DNA from: Terriglobia bacterium
GTDB lineage: Bacteria > Acidobacteriota > Polarisedimenticolia > Polarisedimenticolales > JAIQFR01
Assembly (NCBI GenBank): GCA_963748015.1
Contig: CAVVHE010000009.1
Span: 256,001-320,000 of the forward strand
Length of the DNA: 64,000 bases
Reading direction: 5' to 3'
Part shown: positions 40,228 to 50,702 of the stretch, in pieces
How the letters are laid out: every line of letters starts with the position of its first letter
Numbering within the stretch: the stretch's first letter is position 1
Position numbers and translations under genes: made by a program
Notes under the pieces: generated by a model
Told to the model about the DNA's origin: nothing
Seen by the model: only the letters and a program-made list of their open reading frames with translations
Database searches by the model: none

Positions 40228-41565
40228 TTAGGGCGGGTCGTTCGCCTGCAAATTCCGGATCAGGTAATAGCGGCTGGCGGCGTTACCCAACTCTCCCGCG
40301 TCGGTGAACTTCAATCCCGGAAAGCCGGCATCCGGATTGAGCGTCGCGGTGTTGGCCGACGCGAAGGTCGGGTCACCGTTGCCGCTCCGCACCACTTTGT
40401 ATTCTCCGCTGCCGCCGGTCCAGGCCACCAGCACGTGTCCTCGCGCCTTGTCCTTGTCCACGGTCACGCCGATTCCCGTGCTGATGGAGAGCGTCCCCGT
40501 CGCGTCGGACCCGGGGTGGAACCGGCACCCGAACTGGTCCGAGGTCGAAGGCGGAAAAGTCCAGGAGTCATAGAAGCAGGTCGAGTTGCCGGTCGATACA
40601 TTGCCGGTCTCCCAGCCGCACGAGTCGGGGCTCGAGACCGAACAGGCCGTCTCGGTGCTGCAGCCCGGGCTCTTCGTGGCACTGTGGGCGATGTCTATAA
40701 CGTCCGCGATCCATTGGATGCACTCGTCCGGCTCGATGACCGGGGTCTTCGGGTCGAACACCAGCGCCGCGGTCATGTGGACCTGCAGCGTGCGGGGCGC
40801 CGCTCGGTTCCGGCAGCCGCCCGGAGTCGCACCGAGCGCGCAGTTGGCGGTCACACACCGCTCGTTCGTGGCGGTCACCGACGACGCCGTGAAGGTCCTC
40901 CATCCGTAGCTCGCCGGGGTCACCCCCCCTCCCCGGTCAGTGGGCCAGAATCCCATGCCGGGTTGTCCATCGATCCATGTCGAATCGGACGGGCCGGTGA
41001 GCACGAGCGATCCATTCCTGTAGACCTTGATGACGCTGCCGATGATCTCGGCCCGCAGCACATCGCCGTCGACCGCGGGTGCGATCGCGGTACCGGCAAG
41101 GGACGTGTAGTTTCCGGCCGGTCCGTTCCAGCGCACGATCGCGAGTTCGCCGTTCGCCCCCCCGCCCCCTCCCCACAGCACCTCGTAGCCGCGCGCTTCG
41201 TGCGCGCTGATCTTGAAGCGGAGCAGAAGCTCGATCTCGTGCTTCTCGGTTGGGGCGTAGCCTGCCGCGCGGTACACGGTCCCCTGCGCGTACTGGTCGG
41301 ACGCGAAGGTGGCGTTCAGGACCGCGATGTCGTCGTCGTAGCCGCCGACGAGCGCCGCTCCGAAGGCTCTGCCGGGTATCGTCTGCACGTTGTTCCAGTC
41401 GAGTCCAACCGCCTCGCCGTTGATCCAATTCCCGCTTTCGGAAATGGGATCCTCCGTGAGCGGGAAACCGGTGCTATACGATGCCGCATGGGCGACATCC
41501 CAGCTCAACATCGCCGTGAAATATGTGACGATGACGAACAACAACGGCCCTGTCCGATTCGTCAT
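40228..41565 (-). CDS. Secreted multidomain protein (beta-sandwich, cupredoxin-like, C-terminal beta domain)
   Basis: Signal peptide. FDPKTPVI..IQW..HSAT..CRFHP..GTLSI. Confidence 0.65.
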   Translation of the reverse strand: MTNRTGPLLFVIVTYFTAMLSWDVAHAASYSTGFPLTEDPISESGNWINGEAVGLDWNNVQTIPGRAFGAALVGGYDDDIAVLNATFASDQYAQGTVYRAAGYAPTEKHEIELLLRFKISAHEARGYEVLWGGGGGANGELAIVRWNGPAGNYTSLAGTAIAPAVDGDVLRAEIIGSVIKVYRNGSLVLTGPSDSTWIDGQPGMGFWPTDRGGGVTPASYGWRTFTASSVTATNERCVTANCALGATPGGCRNRAAPRTLQVHMTAALVFDPKTPVIEPDECIQWIADVIDIAHSATKSPGCSTETACSVSSPDSCGWETGNVSTGNSTCFYDSWTFPPSTSDQFGCRFHPGSDATGTLSISTGIGVTVDKDKARGHVLVAWTGGSGEYKVVRSGNGDPTFASANTATLNPDAGFPGLKFTDAGELGNAASRYYLIRNLQANDPP

Positions 41566-41641
41566 GCGGCAGCTCCCTTTCCCAAGAAGGAATCATCCCT
41601 GATCGCGATCGTTCTTCCGCTGCTGTGCTCATCACGGGCAG

Positions 41642-41686
41642 ATCATCCGCGCATCCGCGTGGCGTGAGCTATGGGGTGTAACCCCA
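41642..41686 (-). promoter_or_regulatory. Regulon-type promoter (weaker copy)
   Basis: TGGGGTTACACCCCA, TAGCTC, 18 bp, GATGAT. Confidence 0.5.
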
Positions 41687-41788
41687 CCTCGGACGGTGGG
41701 GAGGCTCGATCCCTCGGCCGTATGGAGCGAGCGTGGGGCGCGTGCGACGTTATTCAGGGGACCGGAGCGGGGCACCGGGGAGGACGCC

Positions 41789-43753
41789 TCAGAAGATCGT
41801 GCCCGCCGCGTCGAACGTGTTCCGGAGTCGTCGATACGACGGAATTCGACCCGGATCCCCGAGAAAGCCGGTGAAGACGGTCGTGGGCCGCGGGGATTCC
41901 TTCCGCCGCGCGTAAGGCGTGATCGCGATTCGATAGTTCACGAACAGATCCTCGGCGCCGTAGGTTCGAACGATCGCCTCGAGCGCATCGCCCCGTCGGC
42001 GGATTGTCCTCATGATCTGCTTCTGCCACTCGGTGATTCTCTCCTTTCGCTCCTTCCCGCCCTTGCCCCGGAGCATCAGTTGCTCGTGGAATCGAGGGCC
42101 CAGGATGATTCGCAGGTAGATGGAAAGCCTCTCGTCTTCCTTCGGTGCATGATCGAGATCGGGCAGCTCACCCCGAACCACCTTCGGCCCAGCCGGCGAG
42201 TCCGTGCCGATCCGCTGCGGGAACTTCTCCGCCAGCGCCCGCGTGATGAACCGCAGGACCTGCGCCCGGTAGGCCTGGCCCTCGCGACGATGAGCGCGCG
42301 CGTCCTCGACTTCCAGCGAGACTTCCGTGAACAGCTCTTCGCCTTGCCCGTCCTGTACGGTGAGCATCTGGATGTCCTGGGTCTTCCGGGGGAAGAACAA
42401 CCAGCCGCGGTCCCAGCGCCGCTGCAGTGGATACGAGAAAATCACCGTGGCGGGTTGCTCCGAAGGCGCCGCCAGGGACTCCTCGGCGTACCAGTCCGAC
42501 GTGAGGTTGAGGCCGTAGAGGAACGCCCACAAGCCGAGACCCGACTCGCCGCGCGCCCGCGGAGCGAATCGGCTGATGGACTCGGTGTACGGAATGCCGG
42601 CCGGGTCCTTGCTCGCGGCCGCGAGGAGGCGCTCGAAGTTGGGAAGATGTTCCAGCTTCTCGAGCATGTTCGGCCCGATCTGGGCGCGACGGCCGACCGT
42701 CTTGAGGTTCGCGCCGAGCAGCGGGACATCGAAGAAACGAAACGGCGAGACGCCCGCCATGGCTGTTCGAAGAAATGCCGCCGTTTCGGGATTTCCGCGA
42801 AGATCGAGGGGCCCGGCTCGCAGTAGGAACCGAATGCCGCTCGATCGGCGCCAATGGGCCTCGGCGAGCCGCAGGGTCCTTCCCCGGGCGAGATCCGGAG
42901 TCCTCAGGTTCAGCGCGGTTTCGAGTCCTCTGGAAATCAAGCCGCCCACGGAAACGACCCACTCCCGGTCGCCGGACTTCTCGGTGCTCAAGGGCAAGCG
43001 CTCCAATCGGGTGAAGTACTCTCCCGACGCGAAGGGACCGGCACGGATGCCCAGCGGAAACGCTCCGAGGTTCGTCGAAACGTCGGCGCCGATGAAGAAC
43101 GTCGTCTCGTTCGACAAGGTGACCGCGGTCCCCGGAGCGAGCTGCTGTGCCTCCTCGGGCCGGTTGGGGCGATCCACGAACAGCCACCGCGACGGGGAAG
43201 CAAACAGCGCGTCTTCCCACGCCCCGTATCCGGTCCTGCGCACGACCACTTTCGTGGGCCGAGCCAGCGCGACGATCCTGAACCGCACGGCGGGCGTGAT
43301 TTCGGTCGCTTCGACCAGAGCGTAGGAGTCTGTCGCCGGATCGAACTCCACCGACCGTGAGAATCGCAGCCGAATCCCGGCCCGCCATGTCTCGTGCTCG
43401 ACCTGCCAGCCGGCGCTGACCGCCATCCGATCCAGCACGCCTCGCAGCTGCAGGCGCGGCGGTGGCGAAAGATCGGGAGCTTTCTCGGACGGGGTCGCGC
43501 TCGGGCCCTCGTCGGGGGAGGCAAGCGCGCTCAGTTCGCCTCGCGCTTCCGCGCGCGCGGCCCGCCGCGCGTGTATTTGGTGGACGCGCAGCTCGAACGC
43601 ACGCAGGGCCGCGAGCGTCTCTGCGCAGATCGGGGGGGTATCCGACGCTTCGCCCGCGAGCACGGCCGCCGAGGTCACGCAGGCGATGCATCCCGCGGCC
43701 ACGGCCCAAGCGACCGCGCGGAAGACGCTGACCCGCCCCACCCTCCGGATCAT
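41789..43753 (-). CDS. Secreted hypothetical protein
   Basis: Long ORF with a signal peptide after ATG 43753. No family recognised. Confidence 0.6.
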   Translation of the reverse strand: MIRRVGRVSVFRAVAWAVAAGCIACVTSAAVLAGEASDTPPICAETLAALRAFELRVHQIHARRAARAEARGELSALASPDEGPSATPSEKAPDLSPPPRLQLRGVLDRMAVSAGWQVEHETWRAGIRLRFSRSVEFDPATDSYALVEATEITPAVRFRIVALARPTKVVVRRTGYGAWEDALFASPSRWLFVDRPNRPEEAQQLAPGTAVTLSNETTFFIGADVSTNLGAFPLGIRAGPFASGEYFTRLERLPLSTEKSGDREWVVSVGGLISRGLETALNLRTPDLARGRTLRLAEAHWRRSSGIRFLLRAGPLDLRGNPETAAFLRTAMAGVSPFRFFDVPLLGANLKTVGRRAQIGPNMLEKLEHLPNFERLLAAASKDPAGIPYTESISRFAPRARGESGLGLWAFLYGLNLTSDWYAEESLAAPSEQPATVIFSYPLQRRWDRGWLFFPRKTQDIQMLTVQDGQGEELFTEVSLEVEDARAHRREGQAYRAQVLRFITRALAEKFPQRIGTDSPAGPKVVRGELPDLDHAPKEDERLSIYLRIILGPRFHEQLMLRGKGGKERKERITEWQKQIMRTIRRRGDALEAIVRTYGAEDLFVNYRIAITPYARRKESPRPTTVFTGFLGDPGRIPSYRRLRNTFDAAGTIF

Positions 43754-43954
43754 CGAGCGACCCCATCCCGAGGCACCGCGGCAATCATCACCGGAATGAA
43801 CCTCGTCGTCGGGGCCCGACACCGCAACGGCCTCGAAGGCGACACTGATCGCTAGCGTAATGCCGATCGCCGCGGCGGACAACTCGCGGGTCTCGCAGAA
43901 AACCATCGCTACCCCGCGGAGGGCACCTTCAGGACCCGCCCCGTCGAGACGCAG

Positions 43955-43998
43955 TAGGGTTTCACCCCATGGAGAATTCGCGAGTCGCGGCGCACCAT
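43955..43998 (+). promoter_or_regulatory. Regulon-type promoter
   Basis: TAGGGTTTCACCCCA, TGGAGA, 17 bp, CACCAT. Confidence 0.7.
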
Positions 43999-44123
43999 CG
44001 CAGAGCGATCCACCTGTCTCAAGTCATGTTCACGGGCCTTCTGTGGAAGGAGGCAATGTGAGAGCTTTCGAGTTCGTCGCGCTCCTGTCGATCGCCGCGG
44101 GCATCCCGACAAAGGGGTGAGTC

Positions 44124-45401
44124 ATGCGAACAGCCGTCCGTGCCGCGGCTCTCCTTCTCGTCGTGCTCATGGGCAGCGGCGCGTCGTTGGGGTACTCCGT
44201 TCTCACCCACGAGGAGATCGTGGATCTGGTCTGGACCGACGCGATTCAGCCCCTCCTGTTCAAGCGATTTCCGGGGCTGTCGGAGGACCAGATCCGGGAA
44301 GCCCACGCCTACGCGTACGGAGGCGCGGTGATCCAGGATCTCGGCTACTACCCGTTCGGCAGCAAAGAATTCAGCGACCTGGTGCACTACGTCCGCAGCG
44401 GAGACTTCGTGCGCGAGTTGCTGGCCGAAAGCCAGGACGCCAACGAGTACGCCTTCGCGCTGGGCTCACTGTCGCACTATGCGTCGGACATCGCCGGCCA
44501 CCCGGCGGTCAACCACGCCGTGGCGATCGCGTATCCGAAGCTAAGAGCGGAGTTCGGCGAGTCCGTCCGGTATGCCGAGAACAAGAAGGCGCATCTGAAG
44601 ACGGAGTTCGGATTCGACACGGTACAGGTCGCGAAGAATCGCTATGCGTCGAAGCAGTATCACGACTTCATCGGATTCCAGGTGTCCAAGTCCCTATTGG
44701 AGCGGGCTTTCCCCGTCGTTTACGGATTGGAGCTAAAAGACGTGCTGACCCACGAGGACCTGGCGATAGGCTCGTACCGATACTCCGTCAGCCGGCTGAT
44801 TCCGGAGATGACTCAGGTTGCGCTTCGAGCCCACAAGAAGGACCTGATGCAAGAGACGCCGAACTTCGCGAAGCAGGAATTCTTGTACCGTCTTTCGCGC
44901 TCGGATTACGAGAAAGAGTGGGGGAAGGACTACGTGAAGCCGAGCTTCGGCACGCGCTTCATGGCGGCAATCCTGCGATTCATGCCCAAGATCGGTCCAT
45001 TCAAGAAATTGGGATTCACCAGTCCGACCGCGGAGACGGAAGACCTGTACATCAAGAGCATCAATTCGACGGTCGATCGATACCGCGTCCTTCTCGCGGA
45101 ACTGCGCACCGGCACGCTCGTGCTGCCCAACTGCGACTTGGACACCGGCCACGCGACCAAGGCCGCGGAGTACTCGCTCACGGACGACACCTACGCAACG
45201 TTGCTGGCGCAGTTGGCAGATCGGGAATTCGCCCTCACGTCCCCGGCGCTTCGCGACAACATCCTGAAGTTCTACTCCGACCTCTCTGTTCCGATCGAGA
45301 CGAAGAAGGACCGGGCTCGCTGGCAGGGCTTGATGACGTGGCTGGACCTCTTGATCTGCCTGGAGCCGGTGCCGGCCGTCGCGAGCAACTCCATGCCGTG
45401 A
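44124..45401 (+). CDS. Zinc-dependent phospholipase C-family secreted protein
   Basis: Mature N-terminus YSVLTHE, GAVIQDLGYYP, SDLVHY, LSHYASDIAGH, HLKTEFGFD. Confidence 0.8.
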   Translation: MRTAVRAAALLLVVLMGSGASLGYSVLTHEEIVDLVWTDAIQPLLFKRFPGLSEDQIREAHAYAYGGAVIQDLGYYPFGSKEFSDLVHYVRSGDFVRELLAESQDANEYAFALGSLSHYASDIAGHPAVNHAVAIAYPKLRAEFGESVRYAENKKAHLKTEFGFDTVQVAKNRYASKQYHDFIGFQVSKSLLERAFPVVYGLELKDVLTHEDLAIGSYRYSVSRLIPEMTQVALRAHKKDLMQETPNFAKQEFLYRLSRSDYEKEWGKDYVKPSFGTRFMAAILRFMPKIGPFKKLGFTSPTAETEDLYIKSINSTVDRYRVLLAELRTGTLVLPNCDLDTGHATKAAEYSLTDDTYATLLAQLADREFALTSPALRDNILKFYSDLSVPIETKKDRARWQGLMTWLDLLICLEPVPAVASNSMP

Positions 45402-45418
45402 GCGCCCGCGCGACACGG

Positions 45419-45462
45419 TAGGGTTACACCCCATGGAGGGGCCGCGGTCCGAGGCGCACCAT
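45419..45462 (+). promoter_or_regulatory. Regulon-type promoter
   Basis: TAGGGTTACACCCCA, TGGAGG, 17 bp, CACCAT. Confidence 0.7.
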
Positions 45463-45532
45463 CGGAGAGCGATCGACTCGAGGCTGTCGCCTTGAACCGC
45501 GCGGGAGGCTCGCCCTCCGGGAGTAGGAAGAA

Positions 45533-47320
45533 ATGAACAAGATCATGGTGGCTCTGTCCCTGCTGGCCGGCATGTTCCTCCTGGCTCCCGCCGGCTTTGC
45601 GGACGCCGCCGACGCCAGGGTCGCCCGTGTCAGCTACGTCGTCGGCGACGTTTCCTACCAGCGCGGCGACGACGAGGGCTGGAACGGACTGCGCGTCAAC
45701 ACGCCGCTCGTGACGGGCGATTCCTTCTACGCTCCGGAAGGCGGACGCGCCGAGGTGGTTCTGGGGAACGGTGTCGTCGTCCGCGTGGACGGCGGGACCC
45801 AGTTGGATCTCGTCAACAACACGAGGGACATCGCGCAGCTGGGGCTGACGAGCGGCATCCTGGACATCCGCGGGCGTTCGTTCGCCCGGGGCTTCACGTT
45901 GGAGGTCGATACTCCGAGCGCAGCCGTGACGATCCTGGAGCCGGGCCGGTACCGGGTCGAGGTCGGCGACCGCGTGACGACGTATTCGGTGGAGCGGGGC
46001 GGCATGTCGCTGGCGATCGGCGGACAGCAGCTCGACGTGCGCGAGGGCGAGAGCCTCGAGCTGGAGGACACCGAGCCCCCGAGCTACGGCTACGGTAGGC
46101 TCGCCGGTCCCACGCCGTTCCAGGGCTGGTGCGAAGAGCGGGATTCCCGCATCGAGAGATCCGCGAGCGCGCGCTACGTGAACGCCGACGTCGTGGGCTA
46201 CGAAGACCTGGACGATCACGGCTCTTGGCGCGTTAGTCGTGGTTACGGCCGGGTCTGGGTGCCGTCGAGGATGCCCCAGGGATGGGCTCCCTATCAGTCG
46301 GGACGCTGGATCTGGCAGGACCCCTACGGATGGACCTGGGTCTCCTACGAGTCGTGGGGTTGGGCTCCGTACCACTACGGCCGCTGGGTCTACGCGGACA
46401 ATTACTGGGGCTGGGTCCCGCCCCCTCCGCGGGGCTATCGCGGCCCCTCGGCGATCATGGACCTCCAGCCCGTTTACGCCCCCGCGCTGGTCGCTTTCGT
46501 CGGGGGGAAGAACTGGGGCGTGTCGCTCTCTATCGGCGGCCCGGCCATCGGATGGGTTCCGCTGGCCCCCGCGGAGCATTACTACTACCCGTGGCAGCCC
46601 GCCCCGCGCGTCACCAACAACTACACGAACATCTCGGTGAACAACGCGGTGACGGTCGTCAATTACAACACCTTCGCCACCGGCGCCGTGCGCCCGATCC
46701 GAGTGGACAGGGCGCAGATCGAGCGCGCGCCCGTCATCGGATTCACCGCCGCCGGAGTGGTCCCCGGCCGCGGAAGCCTCGTCGTCGCACCGGACCGGAA
46801 CCCGGGGCCCAGGGCCATCCCGCGCGCGACGGTCGAACGGCCGCTGGCCGCGCGCCTGGTGCCGCCGCCGAGGCCGCAGCCGTTCGCGCAGAAGGTCGTT
46901 GAGATCGAGAAGACCGGAAGGCCGGTGGCCAGGCCCGTCGCGATCGAGGCCGCGGTGGGCAAGCCGTTCGTGCCCGGAACGCGCCCGCCCGCCGGGGTCG
47001 AGGCCTTCTCGGCCCTCGCTCCCGAAGGGCGCAAGGAGCTGAAAGCGCGGCACGAGGCGGAAACCAGGTCCCCCAAGAAGATCGAGCGCGACATAGCTCC
47101 GCTCGCCCCCGCGCGAGCAGAGCGGCAGGTGCCGCCCGCGCCGCGACCGGCCGACCAGCAGGAAGCAAAGAACAACCCCACGCCCGGCCAAGGCCAGCCG
47201 ACGCCTTCGCAACCCGCGCCGGAGAAGAAGAACTCGAAATCGAAGGGGAAGAAAGCCCCGGTGCCGGCACCGACACCGCCGGAACCGGCGCCGGCCACGC
47301 CGCACGAGGACGGGAACTAG
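45533..47320 (+). CDS. FecR-like / DUF6600 secreted protein with a Pro-rich tail
   Basis: ARVARVSY..NTPLVTGD, GYEDLDDHGSW, WAPY..GRW, WGWAPYHYGRW, WVPLAP. Confidence 0.85.
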   Translation: MNKIMVALSLLAGMFLLAPAGFADAADARVARVSYVVGDVSYQRGDDEGWNGLRVNTPLVTGDSFYAPEGGRAEVVLGNGVVVRVDGGTQLDLVNNTRDIAQLGLTSGILDIRGRSFARGFTLEVDTPSAAVTILEPGRYRVEVGDRVTTYSVERGGMSLAIGGQQLDVREGESLELEDTEPPSYGYGRLAGPTPFQGWCEERDSRIERSASARYVNADVVGYEDLDDHGSWRVSRGYGRVWVPSRMPQGWAPYQSGRWIWQDPYGWTWVSYESWGWAPYHYGRWVYADNYWGWVPPPPRGYRGPSAIMDLQPVYAPALVAFVGGKNWGVSLSIGGPAIGWVPLAPAEHYYYPWQPAPRVTNNYTNISVNNAVTVVNYNTFATGAVRPIRVDRAQIERAPVIGFTAAGVVPGRGSLVVAPDRNPGPRAIPRATVERPLAARLVPPPRPQPFAQKVVEIEKTGRPVARPVAIEAAVGKPFVPGTRPPAGVEAFSALAPEGRKELKARHEAETRSPKKIERDIAPLAPARAERQVPPAPRPADQQEAKNNPTPGQGQPTPSQPAPEKKNSKSKGKKAPVPAPTPPEPAPATPHEDGN

Positions 47321-47393
47321 CGCGAACCGCGGGCACCAGGAAGCCAACAGGCTTCAACGCACGTTTACAGAGTTTCTGCTGAAGGGAGGCAAC

Positions 47394-47612
47394 GTGAGCG
47401 CATTCAAGATCGCGGCAATTGTGTTGATCGCCGCCGGAATCATCGGGCTGGTGTACGGTGGCATCACCTATACCCAGACGACCCACGACGCCAAGATCGG
47501 CTCGTTCGAGATGTCGATCAAGGACAAGAAAACGGTCAACATCCCGGTTTGGGCCGGTGTCGGTGCGATCGTGGTCGGCGGGGCTCTGCTCGTCGTACGC
47601 ACGAAGAAGTAG
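47394..47612 (+). CDS. Small two-TM membrane protein (DUF3185-like)
   Basis: GGAGG RBS. LVYGGITYT..AKIG..KKTVNIPVWAG. Confidence 0.8.
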   Translation: MSAFKIAAIVLIAAGIIGLVYGGITYTQTTHDAKIGSFEMSIKDKKTVNIPVWAGVGAIVVGGALLVVRTKK

Positions 47613-47754
47613 CTGCGTCGCGGCGATGCGGTCGCGACGATCGCCAGGACCACGATCCTCGGCACGGACCTCCGCATCACGAAGGAAGATCTTCCGACGG
47701 CGACCATCGGTCGGATTCTCGGCCTCGAAGATAGGCGTTGTCGATGAGGCGGAC

Positions 47755-49004
47755 ATGACGAACTCAGGCTCTTCCGTCAGCGCGTCGGCGTTGCGACGGG
47801 GCAAGCCGGGGGTCGCCTCTAGGGTCGGTGCGCTGGGGATCCTGATCGTTGGAGCGCTGGCCTTGGCGCCCTCCGGCTCCGGCGCGAGCGACCGCGCGAA
47901 GATCCCCGAGGTGACCGCGAAGCAGCGGCTCGAGTACGTCCATAGAGCCCGCGTCTGGGAGCCCACGGATGTCGCCGCCAAGGACCTGTACCGCGGCCCG
48001 GCGGGCCGGATCCCGTTCGCCGTGGACGCCGAGGTCAGTTGCGATTTCGTTCCGAAGCCGATGTCCGGGCGGAGCGAGAAATTCTCCTGTCGCCTGGAAG
48101 ACGGTACGGTCGTCAAGGTAAAGTACGACGAGGGAGGACGCTACAAGGAAGTCTTCGGAGAAGTCTTGGGCAGCCGTATCTTCTGGGCGCTGGGCTTCTA
48201 CGCGGACCGGATGCTCCCCGTTCGCATGACGTGCCGCGGCTGTCCGGAACACCCTTTCGATTTCGTGAATGCGAGGAAGCGACTACCGTTGGACGAGGAA
48301 GGGAAGATCGCGTCGTTCCCCCCGACGCGCGTCTCGGGACCTATCGATTCGAGCTCGCGGCGGTCGAGGAAGCGATCGATTCGGAGACCATCGAAGAGAA
48401 AGACAAGCAGGGGTGGGACTGGAAGCTTCTCGACCAGGTGGACGAGAAGCTGGGGGGGGCCACGAAAGCCGAGATCGACGCCCTCAAGCTGCTCAACGCC
48501 TTCGTCCAGAATGCGGACAACAAGGCGACCCAGAACACGCTTGCCTGTCCGCGAGCCGCGCTCGAGGTCGGCGACGACGGCGGCTGGACCTGTCGGCGGC
48601 CCATCATGTACGTGGATGATCTGGGATCGGTCTTCGGAAACGGAGGCTTCACGACAGGCAACGCGGGACGGATCGACTACGAAGGATGGAAGGCGCGCCG
48701 CGTGTGGCGGGACAAGGAGTCCTGCAAGGCCCGCTTGACCTCGGTAGGAGGGATCTTCCGCAGCACGACTCTCAAGGACCCGGTCATCAGCGAGGACGGT
48801 CGGGTGTTGCTGGCGGAGCAGCTCGAGAAGCTGTCGGATGCTCAGATAGCGGACCTATTCCGGGCGGCTCGAGTCGAGAGGCTTCATCAGAAGATCGATA
48901 ACGGCGATCACGGCGAGCGGGAGGTCACGATCGACGACTGGGTGGAACTGTTCAAGCTGAAGCGGAGCGAGATCACCGGGCATCCAGGCTGCAAATCCCG
49001 CTAG
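47755..49004 (+). CDS. Secreted hypothetical protein, possibly an atypical kinase fold, frameshifted at C-run 48318-48323
   Basis: VKVKY..EVFGEVLGSRIFWALGF..DNKATQN..DDLGSVFG. One extra C joins the frames. Confidence 0.6.
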
Positions 49005-49021
49005 CGGGCTCGGCGCCGCAT

Positions 49022-49900
49022 CTATGTGGCGGCGGCTTCCTTCTTCGGTGCCTCCCCCCCGGTATCCACTCCCAGCGCCCAGTCGGACTCGAAGACCTGC
49101 ATCAGCTGCCTCGCGACGACGGGACTGTTGACGAGCACGCCGATCTCTCGTCGCTTGTCGAGCTCCACTTTTCGAAGGCTCTGGCTGCCGACGAACGCCC
49201 TCGTGCCGTCCCGAATGATCGCGCGAACGTGGAGCCGAAAGCCCCCGGGCCGCTGAACCGTGATTCCGTCGCCCGCTTCCTTGAGGTTGCCGATCACGCG
49301 AACTCGCACGCCCTTGCCCGCGCGCTCCCTCAGGAGCTTGATCATGGCGGGGTCGTGGACGTTGACGTCGTAGATCGCGAGCTCTTTCTTTGCCCCCCAA
49401 ATGAACTTCCCCAGCAATTCGCGGGCCGTCTCCGGACTCACGACCAGATTGCATCGGGCCGGCGAGTAGGGCTGGCGGGCGGAATCGGACTCGAAGAGCT
49501 TGAGAGCTTCCTTCACGGTCCGCTGATCCCGCGTCGCGATGGCGAAGCTGCGGCTCTTGGCGATGTCGATCCTGGTGAAGTTGAACCCGAAGACATAAAG
49601 CAGGTCGTCCGCCACCATGTACTTCCCGTGATAGCGAACGAGTTCGTCGTCGGTGCGCGTGACCATGATTCCGGCCGCGAGGAGGCGCTGTTCGAGCTTC
49701 CGCAGGCTCTGGTCACCGCCCCTGTTCGTGTTGGCGATCAGCGCCCGAACGCGGACCCGGCGCTCGAGGGCGCCGGCCAACGCTTCCTCGATCTCCCTTC
49801 GATCGAGGCGAAAGATGCAGATGTCGATGGCTCTTCGCGCGCGGCGAATGGCCTGAATCACGGGTGCGATGCCGGCCTCGGGTTGAACGATGGCTCTCAA
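49022..49900 (-). CDS. Phospholipase D-like (PLDc_2) protein
   Basis: YHGKYMVAD..GFNFT and degenerate LHVRAIIRD..GSQSL. Confidence 0.85.
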   Translation of the reverse strand: MRAIVQPEAGIAPVIQAIRRARRAIDICIFRLDRREIEEALAGALERRVRVRALIANTNRGGDQSLRKLEQRLLAAGIMVTRTDDELVRYHGKYMVADDLLYVFGFNFTRIDIAKSRSFAIATRDQRTVKEALKLFESDSARQPYSPARCNLVVSPETARELLGKFIWGAKKELAIYDVNVHDPAMIKLLRERAGKGVRVRVIGNLKEAGDGITVQRPGGFRLHVRAIIRDGTRAFVGSQSLRKVELDKRREIGVLVNSPVVARQLMQVFESDWALGVDTGGEAPKKEAAAT

Positions 49901-49913
49901 GTTCTGCCGCTTC

Positions 49914-50702
49914 CTACTTCGCTTCCTTCTTGGTGATCTCTTTCCACTCGACCGCGCCCTTGCCGTCGGGGTCGAGGGCGAGGAGGGCCTTGGAGGCTTC
50001 GTCCGTGGCGATAGCGAACGGCGCGGTCACGATGTACGCGGCCTCGGCTTCGGAGACGGTGCGCACCTCGAACTTGGACTTGTAGCGGCGGAGGACCGTC
50101 TCGATCTTCGGGCGCAGCTCCTCGGTCCGGTCCCCGAACTTCACGCTCAGCTCGAAGATGCGCGTGCGAGGCTCGAAGCTCTCGATCACCCAGAGCGCCC
50201 CCACGAGGAACGCCGTCGAGAAGGCCGAGAGCACGTACAAGCCGACTCCGGACGCGAGCCCAACTGCCAGGGCCGAGAGCATCACCACCGCGTCCTTGGG
50301 GTCGTCGATCTTGGAGCGGTAGCGTATCAATCCGGCGACCCCGACGATCCCGAACGCGCGCGCGAGAGAGGCGCCGATGACGAGCATGACCAAGGCGCCG
50401 ACGATGGCGAGCACGATTTGGGTTTCCACGACCGCGGAGCGCCGAGGGGGCGTGCCGCGGCGCCGAGGACGTAAAGCGAGCGTCGCTCCGAGGAGGGTCG
50501 CGAGCGGAAGTCGGAGAGCGGCCGCGCGAAGCTGCTCCATGAGGTCCTGCTCGCGGGGCTCGCGGTCGTGCGACTCCTTCTTCTCTTCGAAGGGCGGCGA
50601 CTGCTGCGCCAGGGAGACGCCGGCGACGCCGAGCGCCAGGCCGAGCAGCACCAGGGCCAGCGCGATCCGGCCGAGTCGAGCGCCCGAGAGCGGCGGTCTC
50701 AT
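49914..50702 (-). CDS. DUF4956-family membrane protein
   Basis: IGASLARAFGIVGVAGLIRYRSKIDDPKD. Confidence 0.85.
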   Translation of the reverse strand: MRPPLSGARLGRIALALVLLGLALGVAGVSLAQQSPPFEEKKESHDREPREQDLMEQLRAAALRLPLATLLGATLALRPRRRGTPPRRSAVVETQIVLAIVGALVMLVIGASLARAFGIVGVAGLIRYRSKIDDPKDAVVMLSALAVGLASGVGLYVLSAFSTAFLVGALWVIESFEPRTRIFELSVKFGDRTEELRPKIETVLRRYKSKFEVRTVSEAEAAYIVTAPFAIATDEASKALLALDPDGKGAVEWKEITKKEAK

